Shown piece after piece: positions 39,968 through 49,363 of a stretch of 64,000 nt of DNA (positions within the stretch are counted from its first letter, which is position 1; every line of letters starts with the position of its first letter). Both the position numbers and the translations under genes were made by a program. The stretch comes from Phycisphaeraceae bacterium (GTDB taxonomy: Bacteria; Planctomycetota; Phycisphaerae; Phycisphaerales; Phycisphaeraceae): assembly GCA_963674705.1 (NCBI GenBank), contig OY771506.1, forward strand, positions 3,808,001-3,872,000. The letters are read 5' to 3'. Under the pieces are notes generated by a model. It was not told the DNA's origin and ran no database searches. It saw nothing but the letters and a program-made list of their open reading frames with translations.

Positions 39968-40049
39968 AGCATTTTCTTTGTAAGGGAGTGCCCGCCTGAT
40001 ATGATGTATCCTTGTCAGTCATATCACTATTGACAAGAGGAGTACAAGA

Positions 40050-42545
40050 ATGTGTGCAGCCGAACCGGCGGAGGCGCATGTGACCGGGACACGATGCTCC
40101 AGTGTGTTCGTAGCTTGGCACCTGTCCTTATTTTGTTTCGTGTCATTATTGTGTGGTTGTTTTTCCGTAGCGCAGGCGGCGATTGTCGTTGAGGGTGATC
40201 TGAATCCTGTCTATAACGGGGTGGACGATCCCTGGGTATTGCCCGGTGAGTTGGTGGTGGCAGATACCGCATACGGCAAGATGGTGATCAACGGCGGTTC
40301 GTCTGTGACGGACCGTGATGGTTATATCGCTGGACGCATCACCGCTGCGGGGCATGTCACGGTTCGTGGCTCAGGTTCGCAGTGGATCAATGAGAACTGG
40401 TTAGTCGTTGGCGATGATTGGAACGCCTGGTTGACCATTGAAAATGGCGGGTATGTTTCAAGTCGATTCGGTTATGTGGGTATGGGCTATGGCGGCGCGG
40501 GATACGTCACGATCCGGGGCGCCGGTTCGCTTTGGGAGTGTTCAGGCAATATCACTCAAAACGCCGGTCGGCTGTTGATCGAACAGGGCGCGGTGGTTTC
40601 TGCCGGAGGCTTGAGTATCGATAAAGGCTACTCACAGCAGGGTTCGGTGATCGTAACGGGTCCGGGTTCGCGGATGGACCTGCATGGCCTGAGTGTCGGG
40701 TACTACACGTCAAGCACGTTGGCGATACAAAAGCAAGCTGTGGTCAATGTAACAGGAGATACCTCTTTATTGTCATCAATGTGGGATTGGGGCCACGGGC
40801 AGGTCTTACTTCAAAACGGCACCTTAAACACCGGCGGCCTGCTCCTGACGCCGGACGGGTTGCTGGGCGTCGGGACCGTCAATGCCAAGGGACTCGTCAG
40901 CGACTTCGACCTTATCTTCGATGCCGACACGGGCCTGCAACAACAGTTCCTGATCAACAATCTGCCCGGCCAGGCGATCACGCTCAACCTCGATGTCTCG
41001 GACCCGAACAATACCGCCATGATGGGCGCCGGCGTTTACGATCAAGGAAGGTTATGCATCTACGATGGTTTGACGATCTCATCCGGCTTCGGCTACCTCG
41101 GTTATTACGAGGAATCGCAAGGCCTCGCGTTTGTTTCGGGGCCGGGATCGACGTGGATCACTCATAACAGTCTGGCTATCGGTGTTCATGGAGGTGGCAT
41201 ACTCAACGTGAATAACGGGGGCACTGTTAACGCCAGTAATCGTGTCACCCTGGGCAGTAACGACTGGGCTTCCGGAAGCATCAAGGTTTATGGTGACGGA
41301 TCGTTGTTGTCCATCGATGGCGGGATTGATGTAGGGATCTTTGGCGAAGGCGAAATGAAAATCGAATCCGGCGGCACGGTGATCAACAACGATGCAAATA
41401 TTGCCAAGCAGCCGGGATCGACCGGCTCGGTGCTCGTTTCGGGCTTGGGTTCCACATGGACCAATCAGGGCTATCTGATTATTGGTAAGAATTATTCGGG
41501 GCACGGCGATGAGCAGCCGAGCAGCGGCACGCTGACTATTGAAGAAGGTGGCCAGGTATTCAGCCAGAATAGCACCATCGCCCCGACCGCGAACACGCTT
41601 GAGATCATTGTCACAGTCAGCGGCGCCGGATCGTCATGGGTAAATGATAACACGCTGATCGTCGGTTATTCAGGCATCGGCGTCTTGCGTATCGAAGACG
41701 GTGGGCATGTGATCAGCGGCGACATCCAGGTCGGATACCATTCACAGGGTTCGGGTTTCGTAACGGTGAGTGGTGCAGGTTCCTCACTCGTGGCGACCGA
41801 TTCGCTTTATCTCGGAGGTGGCGAATCCTCGGCAGGCGGACAGGCGACTTTGAGCCTGGAGCAAGGCGGTCTGGTCCGGGTAACCGACACACTCAAACTC
41901 TGGAACGGCGCCACGCTCAACGGCTATGGACAGATCATCGCCGATCACCTCATAAATCAAGGCAGGATCGAACCGGGTCTGAATGCCATTGGCGACTTAA
42001 CGATAACCGGTGATTACACGCAAGAGGATCAAGGCGTCTTAGCGATCGAACTGGCGGACGATGGATTCGATCGGTTATTCATCGTCGGCCAGGTAACGCT
42101 CGGCGGCAACATGGAAGTCGTATTTGATGAAGGATTCACCCCTGTAATAGGCGACAGCTTTATTGTGCTGACCAGCACCGAACAGATCGCAGGAAGCTTT
42201 TCACAAGTAACCGTACCCTTCGGTATCGATGTGGTGTACGCATCAGATTCAATCACTCTACTATATCGTCATCACGTTGATCTCAACAGCGACGGCTTCG
42301 TCAACCTCGACGACCTCGACGTCGTGCTGACAAACTGGAACCAGCAAGCCCCCGCAGGCTCCTGGGCCCACGGCGACTTCTCCGGCGACGGCTTCGTCGG
42401 CCTTGACGATCTGGACATCATCCTCAGCAACTGGAACACCGGCACGCCGCCGGCTTCTGTTCCTGCAGGTATTCCTGAACCTTCGATCCCAACGATTGTC
42501 ATTCTGTCAGGTCTTGTCACAGCCATCCAAAGACAAAGACTCTAA
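40050..42545 (+). CDS. PEP-CTERM protein with T5SS/PEP-CTERM-associated beta repeats and dockerin-like repeats
   Basis: Repeated GxVxVSGxGSxW...LxVG...GxLxIExGG units; DLNSDGFVNLDDLD, GDFSGDGFVGLDDLD; IPEP + TM. Confidence 0.85.
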   Translation: MCAAEPAEAHVTGTRCSSVFVAWHLSLFCFVSLLCGCFSVAQAAIVVEGDLNPVYNGVDDPWVLPGELVVADTAYGKMVINGGSSVTDRDGYIAGRITAAGHVTVRGSGSQWINENWLVVGDDWNAWLTIENGGYVSSRFGYVGMGYGGAGYVTIRGAGSLWECSGNITQNAGRLLIEQGAVVSAGGLSIDKGYSQQGSVIVTGPGSRMDLHGLSVGYYTSSTLAIQKQAVVNVTGDTSLLSSMWDWGHGQVLLQNGTLNTGGLLLTPDGLLGVGTVNAKGLVSDFDLIFDADTGLQQQFLINNLPGQAITLNLDVSDPNNTAMMGAGVYDQGRLCIYDGLTISSGFGYLGYYEESQGLAFVSGPGSTWITHNSLAIGVHGGGILNVNNGGTVNASNRVTLGSNDWASGSIKVYGDGSLLSIDGGIDVGIFGEGEMKIESGGTVINNDANIAKQPGSTGSVLVSGLGSTWTNQGYLIIGKNYSGHGDEQPSSGTLTIEEGGQVFSQNSTIAPTANTLEIIVTVSGAGSSWVNDNTLIVGYSGIGVLRIEDGGHVISGDIQVGYHSQGSGFVTVSGAGSSLVATDSLYLGGGESSAGGQATLSLEQGGLVRVTDTLKLWNGATLNGYGQIIADHLINQGRIEPGLNAIGDLTITGDYTQEDQGVLAIELADDGFDRLFIVGQVTLGGNMEVVFDEGFTPVIGDSFIVLTSTEQIAGSFSQVTVPFGIDVVYASDSITLLYRHHVDLNSDGFVNLDDLDVVLTNWNQQAPAGSWAHGDFSGDGFVGLDDLDIILSNWNTGTPPASVPAGIPEPSIPTIVILSGLVTAIQRQRL

Positions 42546-42613
42546 CAAACAGCTTGATTACTCCAACCGTCACAACCGGACCGTTTATGTCCGCGATAAA
42601 CGGCTGTTAAAAT

Positions 42614-42640
42614 TAAGTACTTATCTCGGTTTGCCGAAGT
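42614..42640 (+). promoter_or_regulatory. Possible sigma-28 (FliA) promoter
   Basis: TAAG-N15-GCCGAAGT vs consensus TAAA-N15-GCCGATAA, ending 7 nt before the PilZ ATG. Confidence 0.4.
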
Positions 42641-42647
42641 GTCCGCT

Positions 42648-43004
42648 ATGGACAAATTCATCCCTTTTACTTCAGAGCAAAGACGTTCGCCTCGACTGAA
42701 GAATAAACACGCAACGACTCACTTCGGTGAGGTGTTTGATCTGTCCGCCGACGGTATGAAGGTTTTCCGCAAGAGTTCGCAAACGATTGAATTGGGGGAT
42801 GAGGTCACGGTCGAACTGCAATGCGAAACGTTCTCGGTCGAGTTGAAGATCCGTGTCGCTCGGCGCGAATGCGTCGGCTATCACCGGCACGTGTATGGCT
42901 GCGAGTTCATCGAGATCGATGAGGAGCTGCGCGAGAAGGTGGGTCGGCTGGTCGAGGCGGCCTGCGAACCGTGCGCGACGGCGTCGTGCTGGATCGCCGC
43001 GTGA
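42648..43004 (+). CDS. PilZ-domain protein
   Basis: QRRSPR and DLSADG c-di-GMP-binding motifs, YGCEF. Confidence 0.85.
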   Translation: MDKFIPFTSEQRRSPRLKNKHATTHFGEVFDLSADGMKVFRKSSQTIELGDEVTVELQCETFSVELKIRVARRECVGYHRHVYGCEFIEIDEELREKVGRLVEAACEPCATASCWIAA

Positions 43005-43129
43005 CCAGACAGACCATCTGAAAGAGTTTGTTTAATTGTGCGCTCAGGCACGTAAGTGCTGTGTCTGAGCGCCAATTTTTCCGCGATCGTGCGCGCGCCA
43101 GCCGATCACGACAGGCTTGTGCGCCCGAA

Positions 43130-44761
43130 TCATTGTGGATAACTGCTGGTCTCGACCAGGTGGTATCGGAACGCATCGGCGATCGCTTCCCAACTCGCAT
43201 CGACGATATTTTCGTTGACGCCGATGGTCGTGATGTAGCTCAAAACGTTCGACGGATCGCCGTTCTCGCGGACCGCAAACTCTGCGATGACACGGACTTT
43301 CGCCGCGCTCTCTGCAGTGGGGTTGACGACGCGCACCTTGTAGTCGACAAGGTGGATGTTCTTGATCTGCGGGTAGTGATCCGACAGGCTTTTGCGCAAA
43401 GCGCCGTCAAGGGCGTTGACGGGGCCGTCGCCTTCTGCTACGCGGTGTTCGATCTTCCCGTTGAGGTTCAACTTCACCGTCGCTTCGGTCGTCGAACTCT
43501 CGCCGCCGCGCTTGAGGATGACACATCGGTAATGATCGAGGTCCCAGAACTTCGGCAGCTTGCCCATCGTGTCGTATAGCAACAACTCGAAACTCGATTG
43601 CGCCGCCTCGAAGTAGTAACCCTGATGTTCGAGGTCCTGCACGCGCTCGAGGACTTTTCGCTGCAGCGCCTTGTCATTCTGGATGGAGAACTTCTCGCCG
43701 AGCGTGGCGGAGATATTGCTTGCGCCGGACAGTTCGGAAACCAGCACGCGGCGCTCGTTGCCGACTAAAGAAGGCTCAACATGTTCATAGCTGTAAGCGA
43801 TGCGCTGTACAGCATGCACGTGCATACCGCCCTTGTGTGCGAACGCGCTCTTGCCTACGTAGGGTTGCCCTTGATTGAACGGCAGGTTTGCGCGTTCGTA
43901 GACAGCGCGGGACAGTTTGGTCAGGCCGTCGAGGTTGCCGCCGGTCAGGCAGTCGTAGCCCATCTTCAGTCGCAGGTTCGCTATCACCGTGGTCAGGTCG
44001 ACGTTGCCGCAGCGTTCGCCGATCCCGTTGATCGTGCCTTGTACCTGCACCGCGCCGGCTTCGACCGCGGCAAGACTGTTGGCGACGGCGAGACCCGAGT
44101 CGTTATGCGTATGGATGGCGAGGAGGCCTGAGGCTTGAGGGATGAGGCTTGAGACTTCGTTGACTACGTGGGTGACCCAACCGGGTAGCGAGCCGCCGTT
44201 GGTATCGCATAGGACTAAGCGTGTCGCGCCGCCTTCGAGCGCGGCCTTGAGTGTTTCAAGTGCGTATTCTTTATTGGCGCGGTAGCCGTCGAAAAAGTGT
44301 TCGGCATCATAGAACACCTGCTCGCACTTCTCGCCGGTCTTGCAGAACGCAAGCGACTCGCGGATCATCGCGAGGTTCTCTTCCCGGCTGATGCGCAGCA
44401 CTTCATCGACATGTAAATCCCATGTTTTGCCGACGATCGTGATGACCGGTGCTCCGCTATTGACCAGCGCCTTCATGCCATCATCGTCAGCCGGGTCGAT
44501 GTTCTTGCGGCGGGTCATGCCAAAGGCGCAGACCTTGGTGTGCTTCAGATCGAGTTGCTGCACCTGCTCGAAGTAAGCAACGTCCTTCGGATTCGACAGC
44601 GGGTATCCGCCTTCGACAAAGTCGACGCCGATCCTGTCGAGCAGTTGCGTGATCTTGAGCTTGTCGACGAGGCTGAGGTTCACACCCTCGCCCTGCGTGC
44701 CGTCGCGCAGGGTGGTGTCGTATATTTCGACGCGTCGTTTGGTGGCTTGTGGGGCGTTCAT
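43130..44761 (-). CDS. cimA: Citramalate synthase
   Basis: YDTTLRDGTQGEG, EGGYPLSNPKD, VGKTWDLHV, YDAEHFFDGY, HTHND, AHKGGMH, GDGPVNALD. Confidence 0.92.
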   Translation of the reverse strand: MNAPQATKRRVEIYDTTLRDGTQGEGVNLSLVDKLKITQLLDRIGVDFVEGGYPLSNPKDVAYFEQVQQLDLKHTKVCAFGMTRRKNIDPADDDGMKALVNSGAPVITIVGKTWDLHVDEVLRISREENLAMIRESLAFCKTGEKCEQVFYDAEHFFDGYRANKEYALETLKAALEGGATRLVLCDTNGGSLPGWVTHVVNEVSSLIPQASGLLAIHTHNDSGLAVANSLAAVEAGAVQVQGTINGIGERCGNVDLTTVIANLRLKMGYDCLTGGNLDGLTKLSRAVYERANLPFNQGQPYVGKSAFAHKGGMHVHAVQRIAYSYEHVEPSLVGNERRVLVSELSGASNISATLGEKFSIQNDKALQRKVLERVQDLEHQGYYFEAAQSSFELLLYDTMGKLPKFWDLDHYRCVILKRGGESSTTEATVKLNLNGKIEHRVAEGDGPVNALDGALRKSLSDHYPQIKNIHLVDYKVRVVNPTAESAAKVRVIAEFAVRENGDPSNVLSYITTIGVNENIVDASWEAIADAFRYHLVETSSYPQ

Positions 44762-44790
44762 TTTATGCTCGATTCCGGGAAGCGGGGTTT

Positions 44791-45091
44791 ACCGCGAAGG
44801 CGCGAAGAGCGCGAAGTTGTTTTGGGGTTTGTAGTCCGTTGTATTTATTACCTTACTGATTCATTGTCTGTTGAGATCGTCATTAAGCTCTCCCCCTCTC
44901 CCCTTGGGAGAGGGCCGGGGTGAGGGCTACTCAAATAGACTTAGTTCCTTACCAACCGGTCGTCTAATCCTTCCGGCCCTCATCCTTGCCTTCTCCCGAG
45001 GGGAGAAGGGATGAAGTTAATGGCATCTGTCACGTCATCGTTTATTGCTCGCTTCTTGTTCGTCTCTTTTCTTTCTTCGTGTCTTCGCGGT
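44791..45091. repeat. Nested inverted repeats in the cimA leader
   Basis: Outer accgcgaaggcgcgaag / cttcgtgtcttcgcggt; inner family A pair 44891-44927 / 44976-45011. Confidence 0.75.
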
Positions 45092-45104
45092 TCAAAGTCT
45101 TTCT

Positions 45105-45133
45105 AAAACAAAAAACCCCGCCGGTGGCAGGGT
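45105..45133 (-). terminator. Attenuator terminator upstream of cimA
   Basis: Minus strand accctgcc-acc-ggcggggt followed by tttttgtttt. Confidence 0.8.
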
Positions 45134-45165
45134 CTGGTGTCTTGAAGGATTCAGTTACAGCAGCC

Positions 45166-45219
45166 CTACCGTGGTGAGGTTTTAATAATCTCAATAATAA
45201 TAGCGGCGGCTTCGTTCAT
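45166..45219 (-). CDS. Ile-rich leader peptide MNEAAAIIIEIIKTSPR
   Basis: 17-codon ORF with five ATT Ile codons between promoter and terminator; stop region ggtagggctg pairs with cagaccctgcc (antiterminator). Confidence 0.8.
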   Translation of the reverse strand: MNEAAAIIIEIIKTSPR

Positions 45220-45229
45220 TGTGCTAAAG

Positions 45230-45257
45230 AGTATATCGTCTAGTGGTGGGATGGCAA
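45230..45257 (-). promoter_or_regulatory. Sigma-70-type promoter for the cimA leader
   Basis: TTGCCA-N16-TATACT on the minus strand, 10 nt before the leader ATG. Confidence 0.6.
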
Positions 45258-45425
45258 ATGAAAAACGGTGGGCACAACTCCAGATCCCACACAGGAGGTG
45301 GATGTTAACTGCCGGGTAGCTTCCGGGGACGTTCCGGGTCGCTAAGCCGCAAGCGGCCGGGGGATGGGAAAATGGGGCAGGATGGGTCTATAATCCTCTC
45401 CTAATCTATTTTAGGGCTACAGGAC

Positions 45426-46580
45426 ATGACCACGATGACCCAATCTGCCGTTGTCAACAGCGACCCGATCGATCCGCATCCATGGGCTCGACGTCTGGGG
45501 ATTCTGCTGACGGTGGCGACGTTCCTGCTGATCGGGACGGGTGGGCTGGTGACCAGTTACAACGCGGGGCTGGCGGTGCCGGACTGGCCGGGCAGCTTCG
45601 GGAACTGGATCTTCCTGCCTGCCAAGATCTGGTCGGACCTGGCGGTCATGCTCGAACACAACCATCGGCTGACCGGGCAGGTCGCGGGGCTGATCTGCAT
45701 CGCGACGGTCATCCTGACGATCCGTGCGTATGGCGTGTGGAGCAGGGTCTCCATCCTCGCCTGGCTGGTGCTTGCGGCATACATCTATCAAGGCATCATG
45801 GGCGGGCTGCGCGTTGTCGACAAGTCGGTCCCGTTTGCGGTGATCCACGGCATTCAAGGTCAGCTATTGTTCGCATTGGTCGTCGTGCTTGCCGGTTCGT
45901 TGGGCAAATGGCCCGGTCGGATCAAGGCGGCGCTGGCGGATTATCATGGCAAGAAGAAGCCGATCAGTATGGGCATCTACGTGTTAGCCTGGACGTTCTT
46001 TATCCTTCTGATCGTGCAGCTTTCGGTCGGTGCGGTCATCCGACACACGAACTCGGCTTCAGCGATCCCCGATGCCCCGGCTGTGTATGGCGGTTTTGTG
46101 CCGCCGGTGAAGCAGGATGTGATCGACAAGAAGTTCTACGAATTGGGCGGCGACAAGTTTATGGTTTATGAAAAAGAACCTGCGCTCACGATGGACGCGG
46201 CGACGTCGGATACGACGCCGGACGTACTGGAGCACACCAAGCGCGTGCCCGCGACGCCGCCGAGTGTCGGGCTGGTGCATAACCAGTACCTGCATCGGTT
46301 CCTGGGGATGATTGTGCTGCCGATCGTGGGGATGGGGCTGATCCACTTGCTGATCAAGACCTACGAGACGGTGCCGGGCCTGCGGGTGCCGGTGCTGGTG
46401 ACGTCGATCTTGTTCGTGCTTCAAATATTGCTGGGGCTGAGCGTGATCTGGTCGAAGGAGAGCCCGCACGTGGCAAGTTCTCACCAGGCAATTGGCGCAG
46501 GATTGCTCGGACTGGCGACGTTGATACTGTTGCGGCTACACTGGGCGCGTAGATTCTCACCAGCGGCGGAAACCAAGTGA
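45426..46580 (+). CDS. ctaA: Heme A synthase (COX15/CtaA family)
   Basis: GGLVTSYNAGLAVPDWP, EHNHR, QGIMGGLRV, further His residues (IHG, LHR, SHQ); multi-TM. Confidence 0.88.
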   Translation: MTTMTQSAVVNSDPIDPHPWARRLGILLTVATFLLIGTGGLVTSYNAGLAVPDWPGSFGNWIFLPAKIWSDLAVMLEHNHRLTGQVAGLICIATVILTIRAYGVWSRVSILAWLVLAAYIYQGIMGGLRVVDKSVPFAVIHGIQGQLLFALVVVLAGSLGKWPGRIKAALADYHGKKKPISMGIYVLAWTFFILLIVQLSVGAVIRHTNSASAIPDAPAVYGGFVPPVKQDVIDKKFYELGGDKFMVYEKEPALTMDAATSDTTPDVLEHTKRVPATPPSVGLVHNQYLHRFLGMIVLPIVGMGLIHLLIKTYETVPGLRVPVLVTSILFVLQILLGLSVIWSKESPHVASSHQAIGAGLLGLATLILLRLHWARRFSPAAETK

Positions 46581-47524
46581 ATCAGACGCAAACCATGCCC
46601 GAAACCCCTGTTGCTGCGCCCAGTTGCGATGCGGTGAAAACGCCTGGCGAACCGGCTAAAACGCCGTCGCTTATCAGCAGCTTCATCACGTTATCCAAGC
46701 TGCGGATCACGATGATGGTCGTGGTCACGGTGTGGGTGGGGTTCCACTTCGGGGCGGCCAGGACGGATTGGCACTGGTTAACGCTGGCGGCGGCGCTGAT
46801 CGGGTCTGCGATGTCGTGCATCGGAGCGGGGGTGTTTAACCAGGTATACGAGCGTGACACGGACGCGTTGATGGACCGGACGAAGGATCGGCCGATGCCG
46901 ACGGGGCGCATCTCCGTGCCGGCTGCTTTGACATATGGATTTTTCATGTGTGCGGCCGGCGTACTGACGCTGGGCTTTTTAACGACGTGGCTGGCGGCGC
47001 TGGTTTCACTTGCGACGATTGTCAGTTACGCGGTGCTGTACACGCCGATGAAACGGACGACGCACCTGGCGACGATCGTCGGGGCCGGGCCCGGGGCGCT
47101 GCCGCCGGTGCTTGGTTATGCGGCGGCGAGCGGGTCGATCGGGATCGAGATCGTGCTGATCTTTGCGATCATGTTCGTCTGGCAGATCCCGCACACGCTG
47201 GCGATCTACTGGCTGTACAAGGAAGACTTCAAGCGAGCGGGTTTCCCGATGCTGCCGGTGATCGACCCGAGCGGGGCGTACACGTTCAGGCAGATGCTGA
47301 TCGGGTCGCTATTGCTGTTGCCGCTAGGTCTGACGCCGACGCTGTTTGGTGTCAGTGGGTTGATCTACTTCGTCACCGCGTTTGCGTGCGGGCTGCTGAT
47401 GCTGAGTTTCTCGCTGTGGCTTGCTGCCGAACCGAACCGAGGCCGGGCGCGGTCGCTGTTTTTTGCGTCGCTTGTGTATCTGCCGGTGGTACTGGTGGTG
47501 ATGCTGGTGGATCGGGTGGGGTAA
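46577..47524 (+). CDS. ctaB: Protoheme IX farnesyltransferase (heme O synthase)
   Basis: NQVYERDTDALMDRTKDRPMP, YTPMKR, GALPP, WQIPH. Confidence 0.95.
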   Translation: MNQTQTMPETPVAAPSCDAVKTPGEPAKTPSLISSFITLSKLRITMMVVVTVWVGFHFGAARTDWHWLTLAAALIGSAMSCIGAGVFNQVYERDTDALMDRTKDRPMPTGRISVPAALTYGFFMCAAGVLTLGFLTTWLAALVSLATIVSYAVLYTPMKRTTHLATIVGAGPGALPPVLGYAAASGSIGIEIVLIFAIMFVWQIPHTLAIYWLYKEDFKRAGFPMLPVIDPSGAYTFRQMLIGSLLLLPLGLTPTLFGVSGLIYFVTAFACGLLMLSFSLWLAAEPNRGRARSLFFASLVYLPVVLVVMLVDRVG

Positions 47525-47526
47525 TG

Positions 47527-47648
47527 ACGAAGTTCGAATGCACGAATGACGAATCAATGTTCAAATGACAAATGTCTAATTGTGAAGGTTTTGACATTAG
47601 TCATTGGGCATTCGACATTCTTTCGTCATTCGTGCATTCGAACTTCGT
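47527..47648. repeat. Perfect 27-bp inverted repeat with an imperfect inner stem
   Basis: acgaagttcgaatgcacgaatgacgaa (47527-47553) / ttcgtcattcgtgcattcgaacttcgt (47622-47648). Confidence 0.9.
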
Positions 47649-47701
47649 GCATTATATGCTACCTACTTCGAACGATTAATTTGAACTAAAGTAGTAAGTT
47701 T

Positions 47702-49294
47702 ATGAGTGTGGATACACGGAAAACCATCCCCGGCCTGACCGTCTTTCTGGAGACGTTTGGGTGTCAGATGAATGTGCTGGATAGTCAGCTCGTGGTGGGG
47801 CAGTTGCGCGGGCTTGGTTACAAGTTCATCGATGACTGGAAACGGGCGGATGTGGTCTTGTATAACACGTGCTCGGTGCGTGAGCGGGCGGAGCAGAAGG
47901 TTTGGAGCCGGGTGGGTGAGGTTGGGGTGCATAAGCAGCAGCGGCCGGAGGTGTTGCTGGGCGTGATCGGGTGCATGGCTGAGCGGGACGGCAAGGATAC
48001 GATCCGCAAGTATCCGCAGGTCGATCTGATCTGTGGGCCGGGCGAACTGGATAAGCTGCCGATGCTGATCGACAACGCGGTGAAGACATCGCTGGAAAAC
48101 CGCGGTGGATTGCGTGCGGCGCAGGTTGCTTTACAAGGCGATACGCATCGGCGCAGCTCCACGCTGGCGGCGGCGGAAGACAAGCTTGAGATGCTGGACC
48201 TTGCGCGCAGTTTCTCGCCGGATGATCACGAAGGGTCTGCGTATGTGCGGATTACGCGCGGGTGCAACAAGTTCTGCACGTATTGTGTCGTGCCGAGGAC
48301 GCGCGGCGCGGAGGTGCATCGGCCGCCGGACCATATTGTTGATGAGTGTAAACGGCTGGTTGATTCGGGTGTGAAAGAGATCACGTTGCTTGGGCAGACG
48401 GTGAACCATTATCACTACGATTCGAGCGCAGCGGTTGAACTGCACGGTCATCTTCAGCCGCAGATCGGATCGGTGATCGGGCCGAACCGTGGGACGGGCG
48501 GGCCCAGCCCGACATTCGGCGATGGGGTAACGAGTTTCGCGAAGCTGCTTAAGCGCATCTGTGACGAGGTGCCGGGGCTTTTGCGGCTGCGGTTTGTGAC
48601 GAGTTTTCCGCGTGATTTTGGTAATGACATTCTGCAGGTGATGAAAGATGAGCCGAGGATATGCCGGTACCTGCATCTGCCTGTGCAATCGGGTTCGGAC
48701 CGGATGCTGAAGATGATGAACCGGGGGTACACGGTCGAACAGTACATGGACCTGGTACAGCGTGTGCGTGAGTATCTACCGGACGCGGAGCTTGCGACGG
48801 ACATCATCTGCGGATTCCCGACGGAGACGCAAGAGGATCATCAGGCGACGATGGATTTGTTGCGCAGGGGTGGGTTCAAGAATTCGTTCATCTTCAAGTA
48901 TTCGCCGAGGCCCGGGACGGCGGCGTATGACCGGTTACCTGATGATGTTCCGGATAAGGAAAAGAAACGGCGGAACAACGAGCTGCTCGCGGTGCAGAGC
49001 GAGGTGAGTAGCGCGGTGCATGATAAGTACGTCGGTCAGACGGTGAAGCTGTTTGTCGAGTCGGTCAGTGCGCGGGAGAAGAAGGCGGTCGGCGCGGGGG
49101 GTGTTGAGCTTGGTTGGGAGAAGCCGACGGAAGTGACGCAACTGGTCGGGCGGACGGGCGGGGATATTATCGTCGTGTTCGATGGGGATGCGTCGCTGAT
49201 CGGGCAGATCGTGGAGGTGAAGATTCAGAGGGCGGCGCCTTTGACGTTGTTTGGGGAGGTGGTGGGGGAGGAGTCGGTCAGGTTAGGAGGATAA
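47702..49294 (+). CDS. miaB: tRNA-2-methylthio-N6-isopentenyladenosine synthase
   Basis: TFGCQMN, NTCSVRE, GCMA, radical SAM CNKFCTYC, HLPVQSGS, C-terminal TRAM domain. Confidence 0.95.
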   Translation: MSVDTRKTIPGLTVFLETFGCQMNVLDSQLVVGQLRGLGYKFIDDWKRADVVLYNTCSVRERAEQKVWSRVGEVGVHKQQRPEVLLGVIGCMAERDGKDTIRKYPQVDLICGPGELDKLPMLIDNAVKTSLENRGGLRAAQVALQGDTHRRSSTLAAAEDKLEMLDLARSFSPDDHEGSAYVRITRGCNKFCTYCVVPRTRGAEVHRPPDHIVDECKRLVDSGVKEITLLGQTVNHYHYDSSAAVELHGHLQPQIGSVIGPNRGTGGPSPTFGDGVTSFAKLLKRICDEVPGLLRLRFVTSFPRDFGNDILQVMKDEPRICRYLHLPVQSGSDRMLKMMNRGYTVEQYMDLVQRVREYLPDAELATDIICGFPTETQEDHQATMDLLRRGGFKNSFIFKYSPRPGTAAYDRLPDDVPDKEKKRRNNELLAVQSEVSSAVHDKYVGQTVKLFVESVSAREKKAVGAGGVELGWEKPTEVTQLVGRTGGDIIVVFDGDASLIGQIVEVKIQRAAPLTLFGEVVGEESVRLGG

Positions 49295-49363
49295 GATCCG
49301 GGGGGGCCGGGGGGAACCGGTCGCTGAAGCGACCTCGCCGGGGTGTGTTTGTATGATGGGGGG

